Of a DNA stretch of 63,857 nucleotides, positions 47,621-60,119 are shown one piece after another; within the stretch, counting starts at the first letter, position 1, and every line of letters starts with the position of its first letter. This DNA comes from Psammoneis japonica. Lineage: Eukaryota. The stretch covers positions 124,001 to 187,857 of the forward strand of contig QPGO01000030.1 of assembly GCA_008632985.1 (NCBI GenBank). Reading direction: 5' to 3'. The notes beneath the pieces were generated by a model that worked only from the letters and a program-made list of their open reading frames with translations, did not search any database and was not told the origin of the DNA. Position numbers and translations under genes: made by a program.

Positions 47621-47944
47621 TATCTCTCATCCAACGTTAACAAAAAATAATTGTTCTACCAACTAGTTTGAACAACAGCAAAATCAGTGTGCCCTGTTCA
47701 CTGATTGATGATGAATTTTTGTGTTTCATCAGTCGTTTTAATGTACAGATTAGATTTATGTCGCTCTATTGAATGTCGAATGTTCGTGTCTTTTTTTCAC
47801 AAGGAACATTGGTGCCTTTTGTACATGAGTGATGATTAGGCGTGCAACTTTCTGAACATGTCGTTTGCGCACCTCTTTACAAAAATGAGCCATGAAGAAA
47901 TTCACAAAAAAGTACAGCCTCTGCCATTGTCTGACAGGTGGCAG

Positions 47945-48898
47945 CTAAACAGCACTGCTTCCCACTACAAGACTCACAAGCAATGGCGACAATGAAAGCA
48001 ATGCCGCATTCAAGACACCACCAATCGAATAGGGAGGAATGATGCGCATTTGTCTTGCCGCAACGGTTGGAAAGTAGGTCTTGGGGTACGTTGCCTTTTG
48101 AATCTGCCCCAGCAGCCCTGCTTTGGGTGCCATAACCATTTGAAAGCCAAGTAAATGAAGAATGGTGGTAAAGTATTGCGCCACAATGGGTGTCGCAAAG
48201 GTTGCCACAGCCAATGGCATTTTCAATGCCGCCGAAACAATCTTGGGTAGAGTCAAGATGAACGTAAAGGCCGTCACGTCGCGGACAAACCATGTAAAGT
48301 AGGCTCGTTTGGGCGTTCTCGCTGGTTCTGAGTCGCTGTTGCTAGTGCCAAACATTTTCGAATAGGCTGAATCCTTCGCAATGCCGGTAGACATGTTGAC
48401 CAGTGTTACAGCTAGCGTCGACAAGAACCCCAAATTGATTCGAGTCGTCTTTTCAAAGGTCCGAAGCCCAGAGGCAGCGGCGTATGTGGCGGCATAAACA
48501 ACCCACATCCACTTGAATGCGGGTGAGCGAAGAAATTCTCCCGGTTTTGATACAATACTCTTGAGACGATTTCCAAGAGCTCCCCAAAGACTGGCTTCAC
48601 CGGATGCGCTCCGTGTAATTGCTTCATCAAATGCCGTCATGAGAGGTGCCACGGTCAAGGCGGTGACAGCAGCGGCGAGGACATCGACCGTCAGCATGAC
48701 TGCCACTTCAGCAGGAGTCGTTGCAGTAAGCTTGCTACTACTGCTGCTTCCACCTCGGGTCATGATTGCCGGTTGCATCAAAGGAGACGAAATGACGGAT
48801 GGAGGCGGAGAAATCGTGCGTGGTGACGACGGAGCCACAAATCCGTTGGCTTGTTGCCAGAATAAACCAAGAAGAAGTAGTAGTGATCGGAGCATCAT
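47945..48898 (-). CDS. Plastid-targeted membrane protein, distant mitochondrial-carrier/sideroflexin-like
   Basis: Signal peptide ending ANG-F; APLMTAFDEAI..ASG, WVVYAATY, KDSAYSKMFG, WFVRD; several hydrophobic helices. Family assignment is tentative. Confidence 0.65.
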   Translation of the reverse strand: MMLRSLLLLLGLFWQQANGFVAPSSPRTISPPPSVISSPLMQPAIMTRGGSSSSSKLTATTPAEVAVMLTVDVLAAAVTALTVAPLMTAFDEAITRSASGEASLWGALGNRLKSIVSKPGEFLRSPAFKWMWVVYAATYAAASGLRTFEKTTRINLGFLSTLAVTLVNMSTGIAKDSAYSKMFGTSNSDSEPARTPKRAYFTWFVRDVTAFTFILTLPKIVSAALKMPLAVATFATPIVAQYFTTILHLLGFQMVMAPKAGLLGQIQKATYPKTYFPTVAARQMRIIPPYSIGGVLNAALLSLSPLLVSLVVGSSAV

Positions 48899-49548
48899 TG
48901 TCACTGCCAAAACGCTTGTCTTCAGCGTTTGCCGTGCCGACAGAACAGAAAATGTGAAAAGTGAGCCGTCATTGAGAAGTTCGAAAAAAAGCAAAAAGTT
49001 CGGGCGGAGATGACGACATCACACAGCCACGTCACGTCATAACGTTCGTGATTGAAACTCTCACGACTCGATTGCAAACAAATTTTCCCGGGTTTTTGTA
49101 AATCCGCAGTTCTCAAGTTGATAGACCACCTCGCCCATTTTGAAGGATAAGCTTATCGGTAGGCTGCTGTAAGTCATCTCACGTTTGCTTCTTGAATAAA
49201 CAACTGGGAATTGTTTCAGGGGTTGAAGGTCTCTGGTCCAGCGACCGTCGATGAAGATCTGAATGACTATTAGCATTGTGATGCGAAACAAAGCGAATGC
49301 GTCTGAGTTGAAAGAAGATACCAACAATGATCTCAAGCAAGTCTCACGGTTGCTTACAGCAGTGTCAGTCGAGCTCAACGAGAAAATGAGGCCTGTGAGT
49401 CATTATCCAGACGTCCCTAGCTAGTAGTCTGTAGTTCCCACGTTCCAACGAGATACATCTACTGCCTTTTTGTAGTTTTTTCTATTAGTTTTGTCTATAA
49501 ATTGAAATTGTAAAAAATTAGCGACAGCAAGATACGAGGTCGTAAAAA

Positions 49549-51150
49549 TCAAGCTTTTGCCCGGCGCTTTCGGAATTTATCTAAAGCAGTACCCGCCGCA
49601 CAAGTAGCAGATCCAAGAAGGACACCAACGCCAAACTCGCCAACATAACATACTCCTGTCGTTAGAAGCAATGCAATCGCATTAGCCTTGGAGCAAATGT
49701 CGCCACCACGAATGGCCTTGCGGAGTGTCTCTCTCGATCCACTCCACTGCACGGTGCTCTTGGCCACCACCAGCATGATGCCCCCAATAGCAGCGATTGG
49801 GATTTTCCCAATCAAGGGCGCTGCAGCGACTGTCGACAAGGCGAGTGCTGTCGCAAAAGCAATACCCGACACACCGGTTCGTCCACCGGATTGAGTGTTG
49901 AGAATGGTTTGTGGCAAGAGTCCGCAACCACCAAAGCCTCCAAAGGCAGCAGACACTGCATTGCCCGCTCCGAGTGCAATGCAAGCCCCATTCGATGTAT
50001 CCGTAGCGTTCTTAGAGACGGTCATGGTGTGATCGTCGCCGTCGGTAGCATCGTTGACGAGTCTTGCTGCAAGTAGAGTCTCTAGAACTCCGATCAAGGC
50101 GATAGAAAGAGCCGTGGGGAGAACCTTGACTATCGAGGCCAGTTTCAACGACGGGAATTGCCAGGAAGGAAGGCTCGAGAGTCCACCGGAAAATGCTTGT
50201 GGTGATGCCACATCTGCCAACGTTGCCAGGGGCAGTCTCAGAGCGTGCGAGAGACAAGCAACAGTCACCAATGCACCAAGGGCTGGTGGTATAGCACCGA
50301 ACACTTTGGGACTTTTCGGATTATCTCGCACCTTGGGCAATATCCAGCCTGCCAAAAGTGAAGTGATTGCCATGGCACCAACAGTAACTGGTAGTTGCAC
50401 CCCAGTGAGCCATTTGCCGCCGCTCTGGAGTACCTTCTTCTGTAAGGCGAAGAGGTACAGTCCGAATCCGTTCAAAAAGCCGTCCATCGTAGCGGCTGTA
50501 ACGAATCGCATCAAGCCACCCAATCTTAGAACTCCAAAGAGAGCTTCCAAAGCGCCAGCTACAAAGGCTGCCACTGGTACCATGGCTCGGCCATGAAGTT
50601 TTCCAAGGGCTCCCATGGGGACAGCGACAACTCCAGCCGCCCCTGAAATCACACCAGGAGACTTTCCTACGAGAGCGTCAATTCCACCCACAATCACCGA
50701 GGACCAAAGGCCTACCAGTGGGTCAACACCTGCGACACCTGCGTACGCAATCGATGTGGGGACCGTTGCTAACGCCACCACAATCCCCGCGAGAACTTCC
50801 CGTGTCAACGCAGACGTTTCTTGTTTCTGATCTTGCAGGGGGCTAAGATCCTCGCAATCTGGCGTCGTCGCTAGCAAGTCACACTCCCGAGTCATTTCAT
50901 AATCTTTCTTGACTTCTTCTTTGCCATTTAATTCGTCTTCTACGAGAATAACTGGTTTTGCAATATCTTTGGATTTCCTCTCCGCTGTGGATTGAGAAAA
51001 ACACACAGTCGGCGGACGGCATGTTGGCGCTTTCCGCAGTATCCGTGTCTCTATCGGAACTGTGAAGCCTTTTGCACTATCAAGTGTAAAAGGAGAGATC
51101 AACGCAGCAGTAATAGCAACGATTGAATACATGGAAGGACGAAACATCAT
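49549..51150 (-). CDS. SulP/SLC26 anion (sulfate/bicarbonate) transporter, plastid-targeted, no STAS domain
   Basis: EVLAGIVVALATVPTSIAYA..GVDPLVGL, PGVISGAAG, GFLNG, LETLLAA, FGGFGGCG..QTILN..SGGRT; presequence ending AKG-F. Confidence 0.9.
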   Translation of the reverse strand: MMFRPSMYSIVAITAALISPFTLDSAKGFTVPIETRILRKAPTCRPPTVCFSQSTAERKSKDIAKPVILVEDELNGKEEVKKDYEMTRECDLLATTPDCEDLSPLQDQKQETSALTREVLAGIVVALATVPTSIAYAGVAGVDPLVGLWSSVIVGGIDALVGKSPGVISGAAGVVAVPMGALGKLHGRAMVPVAAFVAGALEALFGVLRLGGLMRFVTAATMDGFLNGFGLYLFALQKKVLQSGGKWLTGVQLPVTVGAMAITSLLAGWILPKVRDNPKSPKVFGAIPPALGALVTVACLSHALRLPLATLADVASPQAFSGGLSSLPSWQFPSLKLASIVKVLPTALSIALIGVLETLLAARLVNDATDGDDHTMTVSKNATDTSNGACIALGAGNAVSAAFGGFGGCGLLPQTILNTQSGGRTGVSGIAFATALALSTVAAAPLIGKIPIAAIGGIMLVVAKSTVQWSGSRETLRKAIRGGDICSKANAIALLLTTGVCYVGEFGVGVLLGSATCAAGTALDKFRKRRAKA

Positions 51151-51651
51151 GGTGAAATCGAAAATGTGATTTGTGATTGGTTGCGTCGTGATTTTCTCGA
51201 TGCCAAAAAATGAGTGGCGTGTAGTTATGTGGTATTCGGACTCGAAGAAAATAATGATTGATTTGTACACGTCACAAGCGACGTCACGATGTGCGTATCG
51301 CGCATGCAAGTCGATCGCGCGATTTTTTGAGAGCTCGTGTATTGATATCGCTTGGGAAAAGCTCTTACGCGCATACGTACTTTTCTCTGCGTCGATCTTG
51401 TTGGGCTTGTGTTGGCATCAAGTTTCGTGTCGTTCTTGTCTCAGCTTCAAAGGCCAGAGGCATTTCATTCCACAAGAAGTGACGCTCCGCAACAAGCAAC
51501 AGCAACCGGAGGACAAGTGTATCGTTGCTTTGGGGGTGTAATCAAACACGGACTTGAAAGTTTGTACAAGTTCGGACTTTCGATTGAAAGTTGAAAGCTG
51601 TTGGTGTTGACGCCATCTGCTTTGCTGTTTTTGTTCGATACTTCCCAGAAA

Positions 51652-52989
51652 ATGTTCATCCGAGGTCCAATCCGCCTTGCGACGGTCGCTTCAATTTCAT
51701 GCTTTCTCGGATTTCTCGTGTCCACTGTTGGGGCTTTTTCTCCTTGTCTTGTTCAATGCAGAGCTAGACCCCGATTGGTTGCACCAACAACAGGGCTTCA
51801 ATTTTCGGCTGCAACACGAAAAACCTTGTCAATGGCTGTGGAGGGAGATTTCGATCCGGATGCCTTGTCAAAAAGCGTCTCAGAGGCACAATCGGGCTCT
51901 ATAAAGGCCAAGCTACGTGCATTATACAAGTTTACACGTCCGCATACAATACGCGGTACTATTCTCGCTTCAATTGCTGGGACCATTCGAGCGTTGACGG
52001 ATACACCCGGTGCTCTTGCCAACGCTCAGTGGGGAGCCATGTTGCCTCGCGCCATTATTGGAATGGTTGCTTTATTGCTGGGAAATGCCTTTATTGTTGG
52101 GATTAATCAAATATTCGATGAAGGAATCGACAAAATGAACAAACCTTTCTTGCCTGTTGCAAGTGGAGAAATGTCACGGTCGTTCGCCTGGTTTGCTGTA
52201 TTAAGCAGTGGCATTATCGGACCACTCATTGTGTAAGTTTTTGAATCCTTGGTTTGATTTGATTATGTGAAGAATGCCAAGCCCATTTCTTTAAATGATT
52301 GTCTACTGTTGTTCGTCAGGAAATCTTTCTTTCCCGCTTTGTTGTTTCGCCTCTACATGGCTGGATGGTTTCTTGGCGCCATATATTCTGTCCCACCGAT
52401 TCGAACGAAACGAAATCCCATATTAGCTGGACTTACCATTGCAACAGTGAGAGGTTTCCTCCTTAACTTTGGTGTTTACTATGCTGTCAAGGATGCAATA
52501 GGCGCACCATTTTCGTGGTCGCCCAAAGTTTCCTTCATTGCTCGATTCATGACAGTCTTTGCCACAATCATTGCTGTTACCAAAGATTTGCCTGACATTG
52601 AAGGCGACAAGGTGAGAGATGAACCTGCATTCACTCTTTCTTTTGTGAGAAACTCGATTAATTGTTCTTCTATGCCTGCCGTTACTTGAACGTTTGCGAA
52701 GGCTTACGAAATTGAAACCTTTGCAACCAAGGTTGGTGTACCCCGCATTGCTAAGGGGGCATCTGCGTGTTTGCTGCTGAATTACGCACACGCAATCATG
52801 ACGGGTATCCTTGCAACGGCGGGAACTTTCCGTCGAGTCCCGATGATTGGGGGGCATCTCGCACTGGCAACTATGCTTGTTATCCGGTTCAAGCAACTAG
52901 ATCCGGAATCGACTCCATCAATCAAAAAGTACTACAAGCACATCTGGGATCTATTTTACCTAGAGTATGTGCTCTACACGCTAATTTAA
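51652..52989 (+). CDS. HST: Homogentisate solanesyltransferase (UbiA prenyltransferase; plastoquinone synthesis)
   Basis: Exons 51652-52232, 52320-52611 and 52702-52989; [74 protein letters not shown]. Confidence 0.92.
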
Positions 52990-53279
52990 TAAGACAAGTA
53001 AGTGGTAGTGCAAGCCAATCTCCTCGCGTTGTGAGAGCTAGCGCTTTGCATTCAAGTTTGGTCGAATCATGTCACTACACTGTCGAGCATCTTCATTCCC
53101 TAGCTACTAGAGTGCGCGCCTCGCATCCGAAATCGGTACAACCGCGAGACACTCCTCCACGATTAGCACACGGTGCGGATACGTTTAGCTTCCTCGTGCG
53201 GCTTGGGCTCGAAAAACACTACGGTGAACAGGGAGAATAACAGCTAGAAGAAATGCTTTTTCTTTCACCTTGAAAGTCT

Positions 53280-56200
53280 TCCCGCCAATGATCAAACAGA
53301 CAGGCTTCTTTTGCTTTTCCCAAAAGACAACATGCGCACCGCCATTGTCATGTTTCTTGACCCATTCTATCTTCAGGTCTTCTGACAGTGCTGCTGGTCC
53401 ATGGTGGTGTTGTGAGGGGTGTGTGCTGCCGCTTTAATTGTCATCATAATGACATGAGAACTTCTCACTGTGTGCTGCAGCCCAACCCACAATGAGTTGG
53501 GGCCAGTTCACTGAGGTGCTGTGGTGCAAAACATGCAGCAGTCTGCACAATTCTGGTGCAAAATCAACATCAATTGTGAGAGAAATCTGCCACATGGCCA
53601 ACGTTGTTGGATGACACCTGACTGCTGACTCTGCCACTTCCATGCAAATCATCTGCAACCTTGGCAACTGTGCTGTGACAGCCCATCATCTGATGCATGC
53701 TTGCCTTCATTGGCTGTGCATTTTTTGCACAGTTTGAAGCATTGACAGCCCCAAAAACAGCTGTGTTTTCCATGCCAGATGAAGCGACACATCTGGGCAT
53801 CACATTTTTCAACTGCACTTTCTTCATGACTTCCACAAAGTTTGAGACTCTCTGTCTGTCCTCTGTGTTGTTTTGGCACGTGTTGTTGCTGGTCATCATG
53901 TTTGAAGAGCTCTGCTGTCATGCAAAGGAGCCATCCTTTCTTCCATGTAAAAAGTGCAGTTGCAGAAGATCGCTCTGCTGGATCACAAAGCATGACACCT
54001 GCTCTTTGTGCATTTCATTTGCTGGGCTGGCTGGTGTGCTCAGCTCTTTTTTTTTTTTGCAGTGCCCCACAAAACGTGTGGGGGCTGCAAAGATTCCAGT
54101 GCACTTTGCTCTCTGACTTGGTGGTTCGTTCTGGGGAAGATGCACAAAAAAGTTGCACATGAATCTGCAAATGCATGATCCAATGCACAACTCAGCCACA
54201 CATTATCTGCCTGCACACGCATGCACACCAGAGATGAAAGAGCAGCAACAAAGACTCAGATGATGGATGATTTTCTCACTCAAAAATGGGTGCAAACTCT
54301 GCTCTTTAGTCTCAAACATGTGGGCACAGATTTTGAAATGAGAGAGTGCAGGTTTTCTGTGACAATCAAAGTAGAGTGAGCTTTGCAACTCCTCTCAGCA
54401 TGGAGTTGCACACAGGAGCAGTTGTTGCACACAAACAAGAAGAGCGCATTGTGCACACAGTTTGTGCCATCTGCTGCAGGACCAAAGAGAAGGTTGTGCT
54501 GTGATGCGCCATTCTTGTGAGTGCATTTTCTTGACAAATGGTGCAAAGAATGTTGACTGCATGATGTGAGAAATTTGAAGAAACTTGTGCTGCCATTTTG
54601 GAGGCTTTCAAACATGTTTCAGAGAAGTGCCAGCCAAAGTTAGGAACTTTGTGAGCAAGAGCCAGCATTGTGTGTGCTTTTTGGCACAACAGCACATGAC
54701 AAATGAAAGCACTGAGACTCATTTTCAAAAAGTGCGCACAAAACAGCTTTTTCACTCCATGCACAGCATCAGCCAGGTTGCCCCACTTCTCTTCAGCAGT
54801 GTCAGCCAAAACTGCTGCTCCAAAGCTGCGTCAAACAATTTGGTGCTGAGCAGCAAGCTCCAACTTGGCTGCAACAATTTTTGCACAAAGCTGGTCTCCA
54901 ATGAATGGCAAGAACCAATGCAAGAAAGCACAAAGCACTGCAGCCAAAAGTGCTCCATGTGTCCCCATTTGACAGCAGCAATTTCTGTTCTGACAAGCTT
55001 GTGCTGGGGGCACAGTTTCAACTTTTGTTTGCAATTTTGTCTCAACCAAGATGCAGAGGAAAGTGGCAAAGGAACAGTTGGAAGAATTTTTGCCAAATGG
55101 AGACACAGGGACATTTGCTGGTGTTTGAAATGTCACTCAGTGTGTGCATCCAAGCGCACATGCCAGCACATTTGAAACCTTGTTTCAAGCTCAAACACAT
55201 TGCCTTGGCAGCACTCCACAAGAGAAAAAAATGAGAAAGAGCATGGCTTGATCCAGGCCACTCAAGTTGACAAGAGCACCTTCTCTGTCAAAGAGCCAGG
55301 TTTTGCAACCACAGAAAGTCTTTTCCCACACTCAGAGTGGCAGGAAAGAAGAAATGACAACTCTGTGTGTTGTGGCATTTTTGTGCTGACTGAGGCGGCA
55401 CCCACTTTTTACTCATTGTGTTTTGAAGGGATGTGCTGCAAGAGAGTGTGCTGAAAAAAAACTGCTCTGGAGCTGGCTCCTGGGGCCATGCAGAAAGGGC
55501 GTGTTGGCATGCAGCTTGAAGCTGTTGTGTGTGCAAGGCTCCTGGGAGAGTGAGAAGAAAAAGAAACACTGTCAGAGCTTTGTGGGGGCTGGGCCTGTTC
55601 CAACCCCAGGTGAAATGCTTTTGGCACACTCCCAAACAAAGAGCATCTTTCTCAAACTCCTCTTCCAAAATGCAGGTTTTCAAATGAAACAGTGTGCAGT
55701 TGCGTGGAGCACGGCATTTTGCATGTGACAAAATGTCTTGCTTTGTTTGCAAACATGTCGAAATTGAAACCCCAGATTTAAAAAGATGTGATTTGCCAAG
55801 TGTCCCAAGCCACACCATTTTGTGCCACTTGGAGCTTTGGAAAGCTGCCAAAGACACTGCAGCCCATGTCTGGATGTGGAGAATGAGGTGCTCTGCACAA
55901 TTTCCTTCTTGAAGCCAAAAGCTCAGTCATGTGCTTCACCCTCATTGCTCAAACTCAGACCCATCTCTGGTGTGCTCAAAGTTGTGTTGTGAAGAGAGAA
56001 GAGAGGTGCAGCAAGCTCTGAAGACAAGATGTTTGGGGAGCACAAAGGTGCTCTCATGCTTTCAAACTGACTTTTCTGCACAGTCCAGTTGCCAAAATGC
56101 AGGAGCCCCCCCAGTGTTGCTGTCTGCAAAATGACAAGGAACACAGAGCACACATCTTTGTCAACAATGCTTGTTGGCCACATTGTGACATCTTCTCTGG

Positions 56201-57480
56201 CTTGGCTCTGGGCCCTTTTGGCCAACCTTTTCTTTTGTTTGATCATGTGCCAGCAAGAAGCCAAGAGATGAGCCCTTGAGTTGAAAAAAAATGATGGATG
56301 ACTGCTTTTTGTCTCATGTCCTTTGACCAAAGCTGGCCTTTTCTGCCCATCTTCTGTTTTTCTGTCTCATCTCTTGTGAGCCATGCTCAAGATGCAATTT
56401 TTTGCACAGTGACCCCCCTCCACCCCCCACCCCCAGAGGACATTTGTGTGTCACAAGCACCAGGAATGTGACACAAAAATCTTAAAAAATCCATGACACA
56501 CCAAACAGTGCAGTCCAAGGAATGACAGTGCCAACAGTGTGGTTCATTGAAAACAGCGCTCAGAAGACTGAGAGCGCATGTGCCACGGCGCACAAGATGT
56601 CTGTGCGAGTGTCAAAATGCAGAGCATTGGTGGGCAAGAAGTTGACATTTTGTGGCTGCTGTGCACTTGCAAAAGAGTTGTGTGGCATCTGCGCTGTTGA
56701 CACTCAAGTCTTGTCCAGAAAGTTGTTGAACTTTGTTTTGCACTCAACAAAGCCAAGGGAAAGCTGCCATGTTCAACAGCTGCGGGCAGTGCCAGATTGC
56801 AGCAAAACACCCAAATCAAAGAAAAACATGATCAGAGGCAGAGCTGGCACTGAGGATTGCTCGCTGCAGCGACAAAGGCACAGAGCTTGTTTGCTCCTTG
56901 CTTGGCATTTTGTCAGTTGACTCTCAACATTTTTTGCCAGACAAGGGCTCACCTCAGTGTTTTGTCAGGAGCAGAGGTCTTCAAAACAGTGTGTCAAGCA
57001 TTGAGGACAGATGCACAGAAAACACACTGCACGGTTCTGGAACATTTTTCTGAAACTCGAGGCAAAAAATGATGCCGCTTGTTTCTCAGCAAGCTGCGCT
57101 TGTTTTTTTTTCTGTCATTTTAAAAGGTGCTGAAAATGGAGAAGGTGCTTGTTTGTGGGGCTTTTTGTGAGACATGGCACTTCCAAAGGTGCTGTGTGTC
57201 AATGTCTTTTGTGCGACGGTGCATGCCTGGCTTTCTCTTGCTTGCCTCTCTGCCCCCCCCTCTCCCTTCAAAAACTTTGTGACAGCAGCAGCCGCTTGTT
57301 CCAGCACGAGAATGGAAGGACTGATTTGAACACCTTTTCCCCCCATGCTCAACCATGCATCTAGCCAGCAGTGTCCAAAACAGTGTGTGCCACGAAAGCA
57401 GCCCAGCGGCTGCAGCAGGTCTGGTTGCCACATGGTGCTTGCACACAACACATGCACAGAGCGGGAGAGGAGGAGTCGTT
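53280..57480. repeat. Decayed repeat block 6 (probable transposon-derived, class unresolved)
   Basis: TA/CG-depleted over ~4.2 kb; only a weak Ulp1-like 'ND..CGIFVL' string near 55350-55390. Confidence 0.7.
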
Positions 57481-57858
57481 CGAGCGCGTCGAAAAATGCT
57501 CATGGACGACAACAGACGATGTATGCACCCTCGGGGCGGGCGGGCGAGCGCGAGAATGGGCGATTGAAAACAACATGATTCCAAAAAGCCTGTTGATCAA
57601 TATGGTACCGTAACCACAACATAAATACGAAAAGGAATTTTTGATTTCTTTTGATGGCTTCAACTTGATCGGCACGCAAGGTGCGGAAGCAGCACCAAAA
57701 TTTGAATGGCACATGGCACAACAAGGGTAATACTTCGGCGTCATAGACAAGCCGTCCCTTGAACCTAGTTGTTACTCGCGGCACCACAAGAGTAGTCCTT
57801 ACCACTCCTGTAGTTGAATTGTCGCTTGCAGACACGCAGCACAAAAGATTCAAGGAAA

Positions 57859-59802
57859 ATGTGTGGTATTTTTGCGATTTTTTCGTCCTCGCTTCCTGAA
57901 GCTGATCTCCGCAGGGAGCTCATCTCTTGTTCCACTCGTCTTCGTCACCGGGGACCAGACTGGTCCGGTTACATTGTTGTTAGTGCGGATAGCTCTGCTG
58001 GTATTCCATTGGCACATGGTATCGCTCATGAACGTCTCGCTATTATGGATCCGGAGAGTGGAGAACAACCTCTTGTTTCACCCGATGGGTCCATCATCGT
58101 CGCTGCCAATGGAGAGATATACAACTACAAAGAACTCTACGATGGACTTGAGACGCCTTACACACCCAAGACGGGCTCAGATTGCGAAGTGTTGCTTCCT
58201 CTCTATGCAGAACATGGTCCTAATGGTGAGATGTGCCGCCATCTTCGAGGAATGTTCAGCTTTATTCTCTACGATAAGACGAAAAACCTTTACCTCGCTG
58301 CACGTGATCATATTGGAATCACGCCCCTGTATATCGGCTGGGGTAACGATGGTTCTGTTTACATTGCTTCCGAGATGAAAAGTCTGATTGGAGAATGTAC
58401 CAAGTTCCAAAATTTTCCTCCTGGTCACATGTATGTGAGCAAGGGAGAGAATGCCGGCAAGTTTGTACGATGGTTCACGCCAACCTGGGCTCCCGAGATG
58501 AAGCCTGGTTTACCTCCACCAACAGAGAAGTATCAAGCTGTAAGTGAAGCATTCTAAAAAAATGTCGCGACAAAGCCTTGATCGCTCATCCATGTTTCTG
58601 CCGTTGTAGGATATCTTGCGCCATTCCTTTGAAAAAGCGGTTGTGCGTCGCATGATGTCAGATGTGCCTTGGGGAGTTCTCCTGTCCGGAGGCTTGGATT
58701 CTTCTCTTGTAGCTGCAATTTGCGCTCGTCACATTGCACGTCGCTCCACGTCATTTCCGAAGCTTCATTCGTTTACGATCGGGTTGGAGGGATCTCCAGA
58801 TCTAATTGCTGCAAAGAAGGTTGCGGATTTCTTGGGAACGATCCACCATGCGTACACGTACACGATCGAAGAAGGCGCCGACGCTGTACGCGATGTGATT
58901 CAGCACATTGAAACTTACGATGTAACCACGATTCGTGCATCAACGCCAATGTATTTAATGGCTCGGAAAATCAAAGCCATGGGTATTAAGATGGTCATCA
59001 GCGGAGAGGGCGCTGACGAGGTCTTTGGAGGATATCTCTATTTCCATAAGGCTCCCAACGACCAAGAGTTTTATGACGAAACCGTTGACAAGCTTAGTCG
59101 TCTGCACATGTATGACTGTCTTCGATGCAACAAAGCTATGAGTGCCTGGGGTGTGGAGCCTCGGGTTCCTTTCTTGGATGCGGACTTTCTTGATGTAGCC
59201 ATGAACTTGAGCCCTGGGGAAAAGAGGATCCGAAAGGGACCTGGGGTATCAAAGGAAGATACTCGTATCGAGAAGTGGGCTATCCGCAAGGCCTTTGACA
59301 CTCCCGATGATCCGTATCTACCCCATGACATTCTATGGCGCCAGAAGGAACAGTTCAGTGACGGTAAGCTGATAGTGTTTAAATCGTCTTTGTCGTCTTA
59401 TTGTATATCCTTATATATTCTTTCTCTGTTTGACGGTGATCAGGGGTTGGCTACGGTTGGGTTGACCACCTCAAAGACGTGGCCAACAGTGAGGTGTCCG
59501 ACCAGATGTTTGCTACTGCTGCAAACCGCTTCCCACACAACACGCCGACCACGAAAGAGGGATACCGTTACCGGATGATCTTCGAGAAACTGTTCCCCGG
59601 TGAAGCCGCCGAGAAAACAGTTCCCGGAGGAAAGAGCATTGCATGTTCAACCGAGAGAGCAATGATGTGGGACAAAACATTTGCTGACCGCGCCGATCCA
59701 AGTGGTCGGGCCGCTGGTGTGCACGATGCCGCATACGACGAGACTTTTGTGGCCGATGACAAGGTAGACGATGGGCCTCCATCAAAGAAGGCCAAGGCCT
59801 AA
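57859..59802 (+). CDS. asnB: Asparagine synthetase (glutamine-hydrolysing)
   Basis: Exons 57859-58539, 58610-59363 and 59444-59802; [71 protein letters not shown]. Confidence 0.97.
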
Positions 59803-60119
59803 CTTCGTTTCCGTGTCAGTGTCAAATAGGCCTTCAAACAAGAGGCCCAATGCACAAGCGCGGGGCTTTTATTCTATAATATTTGTGTTCAAACTAAGGT
59901 GTTAATTATTGTGCTATGATGTCATCTCTCTGTTTGAAATTATTGTGCTATGGTATGATATAATCTCTCTGTTTCACTGAATCATTCGTTTCTGAGGGAG
60001 CCCCGGCAGCTGTGAAGCGAGCTGGATCTTTCAGTCGCGGTTATCGCTGAAGGAAATCTCAAGAGGGTGCCACGCCTACAGAATCCTGTTTCATTTGAAT
60101 GATGCCGTGGCAACGTGTG

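Noticed and set aside
59904..59975. Short tandem duplication AATTATTGTGCTATG..ATCTCTCTGTTT downstream of asnB
   Set aside because: Two ~35-40-bp copies in a 3' region; an ordinary local slippage duplication.
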